A stretch of DNA of 9,753 nucleotides, taken from the IMG/VR virus record IMGVR_UViG_2734482541_000013; one strand, given 5' to 3'. The DNA is from a virus. Lineage: Duplodnaviria; Heunggongvirae; Uroviricota; Caudoviricetes. A program made the position numbers and the translations under genes. The notes beneath the pieces are model-generated. The model was not told where the DNA came from, did no database searches, and worked only from the letters and a program-made list of their open reading frames with translations. This document shows, one piece after another, positions 1-7,697 of the stretch; the stretch's first letter is position 1; each line of letters begins with the position of its first letter.

Positions 1-235
1 AGGGACAGCTGATAGAAACAGAAGCCACTGGAGCACCTCAAAAACACCATCATACACTAAATCAGTAAGTTGGCAGCATCACCCCGCCACAGAACAATTA
101 TTGCTTTTGCCGTTGATGACAATAAAGTTTTTATCGCAGGCGTATACCACGGTGGGCAAATCTATGAAACCGATTTTTTATCCAGTGCACCGTAAAACCC
201 CCATCCTTCAGGGCGTGGCGGATATCAAACTTTGG

Positions 236-1318
236 TCATTTTCTCTGGCTGATCTTTACCGGATAACCATCCCGAAGATCAATTAAGTGCTCCGGTTCAG
301 AAGCAAACCATGCATAAGATCCCCACGCCAATTCTGGTATTGCCTTTTTAAAAGGCAGAGCACTTCTGTCCATAAATGCCGTAAGGAATGCAAGATTTTT
401 CTCGCTGAACCCAGCGTCAATAGCCAAATGAGTGAGAGTAACTTTTCGTTCCCTGTTTATAGGCCCATCTGTCGCAACTACTTCAGTGAAAACTACAAGC
501 ATGTCCGAACCCGTTCGGTCCTCTCCCAAATCAATCAAAATAATATCTGGAAGTGCTTTTGAGGCATCAATATTCAGCCCCAATGCTTTTGCCAATACAT
601 CATCCTGAGCAACAACTTTATTCCCGGATTCAGACAACCAGAGCACAGTTGGATTCTTAAGAAAATTAGGAGCAAAAACTTCGATGACGGCCTTAGCTAT
701 TGTACTTGACGGGCCCGGAGCTAAAGTTCTCTTCTCTCCATTTGGGAAAGTGACGACTACGGCATCAGCAGCAATCACTGCCCCTGATTTCAATAAACGC
801 AACCTAGCAAGAGCGGCTTTGTTCAAATGATTTTCTTGCCAGGAACTTATTGCACTCAGCAGCGAATCTCCTTCAAGCCCGGCATCAAAGAGTGCTGCAA
901 AAGAGCGATTCAAACTGTAACGAGGACGAGAGGATGTGGTGGGTATACCTTTACGCTCAACAATTGCATTGCAAGGTATTAGGCCATTTTTTATAGTTTC
1001 ATCACGTATTGGCTCACGCGTATTTTCCGCATACCATGCATCAGCAGGCCTTATCTTTTGTTTAGAGAAAGTCATCTTTACCCAGCTTTCTCTGGACGCA
1101 TCATCAGTAAGAGCAGCCTGCGAATCTCCCATACTTACAACCTGGCTGGGCCTTATCCATCGCCCCAGCCCCTCAACCGCACCAGCATAAAACATGACAA
1201 AAATTGTTTTTGCAGCTATTTCCCGAATTAAATATCCACGATTCTCAGTCCCTTCAGGGAAAATTAATTGTAATCTTTCCCGGATAACATTCAATGGGGG
1301 AACAACAGGCAGATTCAT
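236..1318 (-). CDS. Putative restriction endonuclease or other effector partnered with the upstream methyltransferase (Type II R-M-like cassette); family unverified
   Basis: 360-aa ORF. Its ATG (1316-1318) overlaps the methyltransferase stop (1315-1317) as ATGA, implying translational coupling. Sampled 60-nt lines are about 35-43% GC versus about 52% in neighbouring phage genes. I could not place a PD-(D/E)xK motif with confidence; resemblance to BsuBI/PstI-family endonucleases is a tentative recollection only. Confidence 0.5.
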   Translation of the reverse strand: MNLPVVPPLNVIRERLQLIFPEGTENRGYLIREIAAKTIFVMFYAGAVEGLGRWIRPSQVVSMGDSQAALTDDASRESWVKMTFSKQKIRPADAWYAENTREPIRDETIKNGLIPCNAIVERKGIPTTSSRPRYSLNRSFAALFDAGLEGDSLLSAISSWQENHLNKAALARLRLLKSGAVIAADAVVVTFPNGEKRTLAPGPSSTIAKAVIEVFAPNFLKNPTVLWLSESGNKVVAQDDVLAKALGLNIDASKALPDIILIDLGEDRTGSDMLVVFTEVVATDGPINRERKVTLTHLAIDAGFSEKNLAFLTAFMDRSALPFKKAIPELAWGSYAWFASEPEHLIDLRDGYPVKISQRK

Positions 1319-3147
1319 GCAATCATCACTCCATAGAAACCAGCGATAGTTCTCTCAATAATCCGTCTGTGGACGCCAGCATCAATTAACGATTGAATCT
1401 CCATCACCTGCTCCAGAGAAGGCAACGGGATTGAATTCAATTCATAGGCCGAAACAGCAACACTTCCGCTTATACACCTGAACGCCCGATCGACAACATG
1501 CGAATTAAGTAGCATATCAATAACATCAGGGCGAACCGCAGAGAACAATCCGTTTGAATATACAATATTAATATGGTTTTCAACTACTACGCCACCAGTT
1601 TCATCTATAAATCCCTGAGGTAAAATTGCCGCTAAAATCCTTCTGTCCTGTTCCTTCGATGTTGTCCGCTGAACAAGCACACATTCAGATTTTGTCACAA
1701 GGAAACCCTGTTGTGGGGTTATATCGATATAGGGAACATGATTTTTTCTGTCTGCACTAAAACGAAAACCAGCTGAAGTTATTGATTCCGCCCAGACTAA
1801 TGGGTAGCTATTTTTTCCTTTCGTCGTACGCAACTGCGACTTAAATCGATTCCAGACTAACTGACCTGTAGAGACTGAGTATCCCAGATCAGCTAAACGC
1901 GTAGACATCTGTTTTAATACATTAAGAAAACAGGCATCATCTTTAACGCGTGGCAAAAGCCACGTTGCTCCACCTTTTTCTATATCAACATTACCTATTT
2001 TCTCAATTTTTGCTTTGTTCAACCCCTTAGGGACAAGTGAGGATACCTGGGCCCGAACTTTATGTTCTCCCGCCTTGAATGCTGTCAACATTGTTTCCTG
2101 GAGAACATCGTCAAAGACCCCATCCCTGTCAGTGACGAAATCAAGGGCATACGGAGTAGTTTTTTCGGTCAAAAGGGTTCGCAGCGCGGTGAAATACTGC
2201 CCACCAAGAAAAGAAGTTGGCGTAAGAAATGCAATAACTCCTGTTTTCTCTTTAACCATGCGAACAGCTAAGTCGGTGAACAATCCATATAGATTTGCAT
2301 GACCAAATAACGAACGAGAATATTTTTCTCTCGTTTTAATATCGAGAGTGACACGTCCGTAAGGCGGATTCCCTACCACAAGATCATAACCAGAAAATTT
2401 ATCTTGCTGAAGCGCATCAGCAACAATAATTGTATCTTCAGGCAATCTACGTTTTACCTTTACACATAGTGGCATTAGTACAGATTCGAGCAATACCAAA
2501 CTCATCCAAGCCGCAAATGGATCGATCTCTATCCCCTTTAAACGACGACTGATTCTCCTCAACATCCATTCAGGGGAAGACCCCTTGTCTTTTTTTAACA
2601 TTCGAATGGCTACTGGTGCCAAAAATGCACCGCCACCACACGCAGGATCAATAACCGATGCATGAGAAAAATCAACACCAGACTTTTCAGCCAGGTCCAA
2701 GAGACGCGCTACCAAAGGTGGGGGGGTATAGTAAGCCCCCAATTCCGAACGGTAAGCGGATGGCAGCATTACCGTATAAATTGACCCAATCAGATATCCA
2801 GCGTCCTCCGCCGGAAATTGAGCAATAAGCTCACCTGTTCGTTCAGCGAGCTCGCGTGCATCACATGGAATGTCTTCTATGTAAACAGTGTGCGGTACTG
2901 CCCTCATTTTAATGCTGCTTTTTTGCTTTTTTGCAAGGGTATCCCAATATGCAGCTACGATGCTGAAGCAGTATGAGCGGGCATGCATCAACCTTGACTG
3001 CCCGGTTTTGTAATTGCCCGCATAACCTTTGGCCATGGCTTTACAAGTTTGATATCTTTCCAGATTAGAAAACTCATTATCTGTAAAAAAATCAAAATGT
3101 TGCACATTCATAATGTAAAATCCTAATGTATCAAACATGCGGGCCAT
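1315..3147 (-). CDS. N6-adenine DNA methyltransferase, gamma-class (Eco57I/TaqI-like), with a C-terminal target-recognition region
   Basis: 610-aa ORF. Motif X-like GAYYTP at residues 137-142; SAM-binding motif I DPACGGGAF at residues 167-175 (nt 2626-2649); catalytic motif IV VVGNPPYG with NPPY at residues 260-263 (nt 2359-2370). Motif order X-I-IV followed by about 340 aa is typical of gamma-class amino-methyltransferases with a C-terminal TRD. Confidence 0.85.
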   Translation of the reverse strand: MARMFDTLGFYIMNVQHFDFFTDNEFSNLERYQTCKAMAKGYAGNYKTGQSRLMHARSYCFSIVAAYWDTLAKKQKSSIKMRAVPHTVYIEDIPCDARELAERTGELIAQFPAEDAGYLIGSIYTVMLPSAYRSELGAYYTPPPLVARLLDLAEKSGVDFSHASVIDPACGGGAFLAPVAIRMLKKDKGSSPEWMLRRISRRLKGIEIDPFAAWMSLVLLESVLMPLCVKVKRRLPEDTIIVADALQQDKFSGYDLVVGNPPYGRVTLDIKTREKYSRSLFGHANLYGLFTDLAVRMVKEKTGVIAFLTPTSFLGGQYFTALRTLLTEKTTPYALDFVTDRDGVFDDVLQETMLTAFKAGEHKVRAQVSSLVPKGLNKAKIEKIGNVDIEKGGATWLLPRVKDDACFLNVLKQMSTRLADLGYSVSTGQLVWNRFKSQLRTTKGKNSYPLVWAESITSAGFRFSADRKNHVPYIDITPQQGFLVTKSECVLVQRTTSKEQDRRILAAILPQGFIDETGGVVVENHINIVYSNGLFSAVRPDVIDMLLNSHVVDRAFRCISGSVAVSAYELNSIPLPSLEQVMEIQSLIDAGVHRRIIERTIAGFYGVMIA

Positions 3148-3361
3148 AACATCTCATGGTGGCGCATAGCAAACTGGCCCGAAGAATATCACGCACCAAG
3201 TCGATCTCATAACCCGTTATGACAATAAATCTTTGTAGCTGAACTCACTTGGTGATTTGTCAATCATTCCTGGCCTCCAGTTCGTCCTGAATCTCTTTAT
3301 CGAGTTCACCGTATTTGTTAGTCCTCATCACTCACGACTTGACTTCCAGAAATAACCTTGA

Positions 3362-3718
3362 TTATTCGGGGCTATATTTTGTCACCCTGCGTATCCGCGC
3401 TTTCGCATTACGCTCAATCTGGATTAGCTTTTCTATATTTTTTCGCCTTTCCCGCTCCTCCTGGCGCAAGAGCCTTACATCATCTGCCAGTCTGGTTTCT
3501 CTTTTCGCCACAGAGAGCATCCAGTCAAATGGCTCCACAACTGCACCGCAAATTTTACAGCGGACCTGACGCTCTTTTTCGTCAACCCGGACAGAAGCGT
3601 GATGGCAATATGGTCTTTCCGATGGCTCATAAAGAAAATTAACCTGATTACGAGGGTTATCCTCTTTTACCGGAAATAAAACAATATTGCTTAACTCATC
3701 TTCTGGTTTTATTTCCAT
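3362..3718 (-). CDS. Hypothetical small protein with a putative zinc-ribbon (C-H-H ... C-x-I-C) and a basic coiled C-terminus
   Basis: ATG at 3716-3718 is preceded by a strong Shine-Dalgarno AAGGAGAGGAG. The six-frame ORF extends to 3775, but the internal ATG with the RBS is the likelier start. Motif CHHASVRVDEKERQVRCKICG. Confidence 0.55.
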   Translation of the reverse strand: MEIKPEDELSNIVLFPVKEDNPRNQVNFLYEPSERPYCHHASVRVDEKERQVRCKICGAVVEPFDWMLSVAKRETRLADDVRLLRQEERERRKNIEKLIQIERNAKARIRRVTKYSPE

Positions 3719-3775
3719 GCTCCTCTCCTTTGATGCGAATGCCAGCGGTAATTGAAGCCTGATAGCTAATTTCAC

Positions 3776-4198
3776 TCACAGTACCGCCTCCTGAAAATCA
3801 CCCTGATAGAAAGCCGGTACACGCTGCATAACTTCACTCTTCCGGCACTCGCGACAGATTATGTTCTGATGTCTGTCGTAGCGGCGTATTTCTCCGTCCG
3901 GTAATGACCAGATAAGGTCCGGATCAACCACAGATGGTTTCTTCAGCTTTGCCCTCGAGAGTTTTTTGCGGGCGTTTTGCCAGTCCTTACGAGCCTGTTC
4001 AGACGGGAATAACCCGTAGCCAGAGTTGTATACATCCCCACTGGCAACCAGCTCTCTGGCGAGAACGCTTATTAAATATCTTGTCGCCCCGGTTTTAGCT
4101 TCCAGTTGTCGTAACGTCTCGCGCCCACTCTGGCGTACGAGTTCAACAACCTGCCCCTTAATTTTTTCCCGCTCTTCCTGTGTAAATACTTTTGCCAT
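3776..4198 (-). CDS. Hypothetical prophage protein
   Basis: 140 codons from ATG 4196-4198 (MAKVFTQEE...), with a G-rich stretch upstream. Lies 15 bp downstream of the preceding gene's stop, co-directional with the replication module. No motif recognised. Confidence 0.55.
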   Translation of the reverse strand: MAKVFTQEEREKIKGQVVELVRQSGRETLRQLEAKTGATRYLISVLARELVASGDVYNSGYGLFPSEQARKDWQNARKKLSRAKLKKPSVVDPDLIWSLPDGEIRRYDRHQNIICRECRKSEVMQRVPAFYQGDFQEAVL

Positions 4199-4213
4199 AA
4201 GCGCCCCCGGCAA

Positions 4214-4939
4214 TCACTTTTCCGACACAATACGACCGGAGGAATCGACAATCTGTCGAACAATATCCCGGTGCTTGTTCAGCTCCCGCAACGCGGCGCA
4301 GACACGCTCCCACTTCTGGACATGACTTTTCGCCCGACGCAGTTCGCGGTTTGCCATATGCAGCGATGGTAAAACCAGGTCATCCGCTTGCGTTTCGGTG
4401 AACGATGGCAACGACTGCACAATGTCCGCCACAGTTTCTGTTTTAATTTCTTCCTGTGTTGCAGCTTCCTGTACCGGTAACGCAACACCTGCTGGCTGAG
4501 GAAAGACTTTACCATCCGTTTCCGCTATGGATGCGGCTTTCGGCTCTGCCGGTAAATCAGCGCCCGGTATGCAGTACCGAAATTTACCGCCCTGATTCAC
4601 GCGAATCAGACGCCCTTTGCTGATTGCCATGGCCAGCGATGAATTCGCCCGGCGGGAGGTAATCCCGAACATCAGTGCCAGCTCATCCGCCGTTTGTGGG
4701 CCATGTTGTTCAATCGCCTCAGTCAGCATTTGCGCTGTCACTTTCGGTACCGGTGACACTGGTTCACTTTCACCAGCCTGAATCAGCCACCACATCGAAC
4801 CCTTGTTATCCGCTTCACCACGGCGCTTCAGTTTCCACAGTTCGTTGACCGCATCTTCACGGCTGATTCCAAGGCGGGACGCCACCACATGTGAAGAGGC
4901 TCTTTTCAGTGCTTTCAGTGCGTCAAATACAGTTTCCAT
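4214..4939 (-). CDS. Hypothetical prophage protein with two winged-helix-like segments
   Basis: ATG at 4937-4939 (METVFDALK...) is preceded by GGAGGA 7 nt upstream; the ORF track starts at an upstream TTG. Starts 21 bp after the DnaC-like stop. Two HTH-like stretches ([19 protein letters not shown] and [24 protein letters not shown]). Confidence 0.55.
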   Translation of the reverse strand: METVFDALKALKRASSHVVASRLGISREDAVNELWKLKRRGEADNKGSMWWLIQAGESEPVSPVPKVTAQMLTEAIEQHGPQTADELALMFGITSRRANSSLAMAISKGRLIRVNQGGKFRYCIPGADLPAEPKAASIAETDGKVFPQPAGVALPVQEAATQEEIKTETVADIVQSLPSFTETQADDLVLPSLHMANRELRRAKSHVQKWERVCAALRELNKHRDIVRQIVDSSGRIVSEK

Positions 4940-4960
4940 TAAAACATCCTCCAACAAAAA

Positions 4961-5556
4961 TTACTTCACAACTCCCGGAAAGCTGACATTTGAACGCCAG
5001 CTATCCCAGTTAAACGTCACCCACCGACAACCGTTCATGGTCATGCGGTCCATAATCCTCTCACCAAGAAGCGTGCTCATTGCGGCATGATTCAGGTTTG
5101 TTAACATCCCGACACTGCACAGTGATGCTGTCCGGCGATCAATTATCTGGTGCAATACCACCTGCTCGTTTTTCGTCTCCCGCTGAATGCCTATTTCATC
5201 CAGGACCAGCAAATCAACCCCGCAAAGCTCCTGTAAAAATTTTTCACCGGATTTGCCGTTGTCGTAGCTGTCATGCAACACGCTCATGACATCAGACTCG
5301 GTGACGATAATCACGCTGCGCCCCTTCGCCATCAGCCGGTTACCCATCGCCGCTGCAAGGTGATTTTTCCCGGTGCCGGTTTTACCGCTGAACACAAAAT
5401 TCGTGCACCCGGTCATCAGTTCGTCAGCTATGGATTTGGCCTGGCTCAGCGCGTATTTTTGCCCGTCGTTCTGCACCTGATAATTCGCAAACGAGCATTT
5501 GCTGTGCAGAGGCTGGATGCCCGAACGATTCAGGATTTTTTCCACCCGCAACTGGC
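4961..5556 (-). CDS. DnaC-like replicative helicase loader (AAA+ ATPase, IstB/DnaC family); N-terminus lost in the assembly gap
   Basis: Walker A GKTGTGKNHL, Walker B LLVLDEIG, and DnaC-type C-terminal signature WVTFNWDSWRS. The six-frame track fuses it to the upstream gene only because the N-run is a multiple of 3. Confidence 0.85.
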
Positions 5557-5847
5557 NNNNNNNNNNNNNNNNNNNNNNNNNNNNNNNNNNNNNNNNNNNN
5601 NNNNNNNNNNNNNNNNNNNNNNNNNNNNNNNNNNNNNNNNNNNNNNNNNNNNNNNNNNNNNNNNNNNNNNNNNNNNNNNNNNNNNNNNNNNNNNNNNNNN
5701 NNNNNNNNNNNNNNNNNNNNNNNNNNNNNNNNNNNNNNNNNNNNNNNNNNNNNNNNNNNNNNNNNNNNNNNNNNNNNNNNNNNNNNNNNNNNNNNNNNNN
5801 NNNNNNNNNNNNNNNNNNNNNNNNNNNNNNNNNNNNNNNNNNNNNNN
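5557..5847. other. Assembly gap (291 N)
   Basis: Uninterrupted run of n characters from 5557 to 5847. Confidence 0.99.
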
Positions 5848-6829
5848 GGAGCAACCAGGGGTTTTCAAAATTCCGGTCCGGCCCAAAAAACGTCGTCGCT
5901 CGCTGAACAAATTCCGTTCCCGCTTTCCCGGTCGCCGCCAGGTATCTCGCGTAACGCCTCACACCATCCAGCATGGTCTCTGGTGGCACCCCCTCGCGCA
6001 ATCTGGCCTTCCAGGCACTGAATGCGGATTTCTTCGGGTTTGCCCCGGCACGCAACGGGTATTCCCGCCAGACCTGTTCGAACACATCCGGATAATCCAC
6101 TCGTCCCACAGGCTGCCCGGTGTTTTCCGGGGCTACCCGATCGGCTTCCCGCTGAATGGCGGAATCGGCTTCAGGCTGCTGCAGTTGGAGTGATTGCTCC
6201 GGCCTTGCGGTCATCACCTGCTGCACAGCGCCCGAATCGGCTTTCAGCGCATACGCTGAATCGGCTTCCGGTGTCGAGCCTGCTGGCTGACCAGGATTGA
6301 CGGTCTGAACATCCCCTGCCTGGTTCGTGGCGTTTTTTACGCCATGGACCATAGTGTTTTGATCTTCTTTATCTGTATCTTTATCTGTATCTGTCGTGAC
6401 TCGTCGTGACATGTGCGTGACATTTCGTGACGCGCCGTGACAATCGCCATTTTGTTCCCGCTTTCTTTCCCTCTCTCGCTGCGCCCTCTTGCGCTCTGCA
6501 GGAGATTTTGCGGTTTGCGAAATATTGCCGTTGTCCTCTTTAAGCACCTGGCGTTTTTCCCATCCAGTGATTAAATCACCATCAAGTACCCGCCCCTGCA
6601 TCGTCTGCAAAATTGAATCAATTACCTCTTCTGTCACGTCGAGCGCACTTGCCAAATCTTCTGTCGTGACATCAATGTGACCTCGCGTGACATTTCGTGA
6701 CGCGCTCACCAGGAGGTGGATATACACTGCCATCACTGTTGCAATTGGCTGCCCTGACACCCTGGCAATTGTTCGCCACTTAGGGTCATTTGGCATGTCA
6801 TGCCATAATCTGAGCCAGGCGTTAGCCAT
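5848..6829 (-). CDS. Phage replication initiation protein, lambda O-like / YdaU-like; C-terminus lost in the assembly gap
   Basis: ATG at 6827-6829 with RBS AGAGGTGA upstream (a GTG at 6835 is an alternative start). Position immediately upstream of the DnaC-like gene, as in O-P / ydaU-ydaV arrangements. Acidic/basic low-complexity linker and internal iteron-like repeats. Confidence 0.7.
6366..6441. repeat. Iteron-like array 1: tandem 12-mer TCTTTATCTGTA x2, then five CGTGAC repeats at 10-11 bp phasing
   Basis: 12-mers at 6366-6377 and 6378-6389. CGTGAC at 6395, 6405, 6416, 6426 and 6436. An AT-rich stretch lies immediately upstream. Located inside the O-like coding sequence. Confidence 0.6.
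6633..6705. repeat. Iteron-like array 2: four (C/T)GTGAC repeats at 10-11 bp phasing plus one inverted copy
   Basis: CGTGAC at 6665, 6686 and 6696; TGTGAC at 6676; inverted GTCACG at 6633-6638. The 21-mer GCGTGACATTTCGTGACGCGC at 6685-6705 is identical to 6415-6435 in array 1. Confidence 0.6.
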
Positions 6830-6900
6830 ACTCACCTCTTCTGATACCGAATCTTTTTACTCACGAGTTGCCGGGAGCGATTCGATATGGCTATTGTCAG

Positions 6901-7326
6901 TCAATGTACTGCCACAGCATTTCCTGCCGGGCCACCACGGTTCATCTGATTGAAACCGGCGATTGCCACTGCGACAAAATCATCAGCGTCTCTCACCAGT
7001 CGTTCATGCGTCTCCACCAGTTCCCGAAAATAAGCTGAACTGTGGCTGCGCATTCGAGCCACCAGCGGAGGTGGCATTGCCCTTTCGATCGCAGGTAACA
7101 ACGCCTGAATTTTTTCAACAGCGTCAGGGGTGTCTTTATCCAGCCAACGGAAAATCTTTTGGGTGTTGAGATAAAGCGTGTTGTGCTTGCTGTCGTTATG
7201 CAGAACCGGAAACGTCATTCCCAGTTCGAAATAAACCCTGGTTATTTCAGCTGCCGGAACTTTTTCACCGTCCGGATGCGCCCAGGCTTTCATCGCCATG
7301 CGGATGTGTTCATGCTTGATTTTCAT
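6901..7326 (-). CDS. YdaT-like protein (Rac-prophage YdaT family; CII-position regulator / putative toxin)
   Basis: 141-aa ORF starting MKIKHEHI, which matches my recollection of the Rac YdaT N-terminus. Its ATG (7324-7326) overlaps the stop of the upstream cro-like gene as ATGA. Confidence 0.6.
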   Translation of the reverse strand: MKIKHEHIRMAMKAWAHPDGEKVPAAEITRVYFELGMTFPVLHNDSKHNTLYLNTQKIFRWLDKDTPDAVEKIQALLPAIERAMPPPLVARMRSHSSAYFRELVETHERLVRDADDFVAVAIAGFNQMNRGGPAGNAVAVH

Positions 7327-7586
7327 GAATCAACCCCCGCCGATGGTTGTGTGTTAGCCTGAAACTCAGCAGGCAAGCCGTCAGTTGGGTTGGGGTAGGT
7401 TTTACTGTCAATCTCATGTGGGGTCACCACCCATCCCGTTGCTTCACACCAACGTAATATTTTTTCTCCTGTAAGTTTTGCACGCCCCGTTATAACGTGG
7501 CTGACCATCCCTTGGGATGCGCCAACAATCTCAGCAAATGAACTCTGGGTTATATGAAAATGATGCAAATATTCTCCAAGATTCAT
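7323..7586 (-). CDS. Cro/YdaS-like helix-turn-helix DNA-binding protein
   Basis: HTH segment ITQSSFAEIVGASQGMVSHVITGRAKLT. ATG at 7584-7586; the six-frame ORF extends to a TTG at 7613. Divergent from the repressor gene across an operator-containing intergenic region. Confidence 0.65.
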   Translation of the reverse strand: MNLGEYLHHFHITQSSFAEIVGASQGMVSHVITGRAKLTGEKILRWCEATGWVVTPHEIDSKTYPNPTDGLPAEFQANTQPSAGVDS

Positions 7587-7622
7587 AATCCGCCCTATGT
7601 GATGTGTTACCAATGCATAATT

Positions 7623-7662
7623 AATAGCACTGTTATTTTTAAAAGTAAATAGTGATACTATT
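7623..7662. promoter_or_regulatory. OR-like divergent promoter/operator region: two 15-bp operator-like repeats
   Basis: AATAGCACTGTTATT (7623-7637) and AATAGTGATACTATT (7648-7662), 25 bp centre to centre, between the divergent repressor and cro-like genes. Each matches a copy in the downstream pair at 13/15. Confidence 0.45.
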
Positions 7663-7697
7663 TCAAAGTGATTAGCAATCTTATTAGAATTGGATGT

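Noticed and set aside
66-75. TAAGTTGGCA, a 10-mer identical to part of the lambda attP core
   Set aside because: Too short to be meaningful (about 2% chance occurrence in this window); the location inside the late side of the replication module is not where an att site is expected; no flanking arm-type repeats seen.
1-235. Region downstream of the 360-aa gene checked for a terminator or additional gene
   Set aside because: No ORF of meaningful length and no clear stem-loop with a T-run; left unannotated.
101-1190. Short plus-strand ORFs 101..286, 287..562 and 936..1190
   Set aside because: Antisense to, or overlapping, the 360-aa minus-strand gene; no motifs or ribosome-binding sites.
3260-3328. 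22-codon minus-strand ORF upstream of the methyltransferase as a controller (C) protein or leader peptide
   Set aside because: Far too short for an HTH C-protein and lacks a convincing RBS; probably non-coding promoter region.
4026-4515. ORFs 4026..4325 (+), 4072..4263 (-) and 4279..4515 (-)
   Set aside because: Embedded in or antisense to the better-supported co-directional genes with ribosome-binding sites; Arg/Ser-rich, GC-frame-shadow-like translations.
5273-6193. 306-aa plus-strand ORF (and other ORFs through the N-run at 5499..5910)
   Set aside because: Antisense to the replication genes and runs through the gap; no RBS or recognisable motif; typical shadow ORF.
6366-6705. CGTGAC repeat arrays as a CRISPR array
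   Set aside because: Repeats are 6-7 bp at 10-11 bp spacing inside a coding sequence, not 25-40 bp repeats separated by unique spacers.
4961-6835. Single 624-aa minus-strand ORF spanning the N-run
   Set aside because: Artefact of a 291-N gap that happens to preserve frame; the flanks are two different proteins (O-like initiator and DnaC-like loader).
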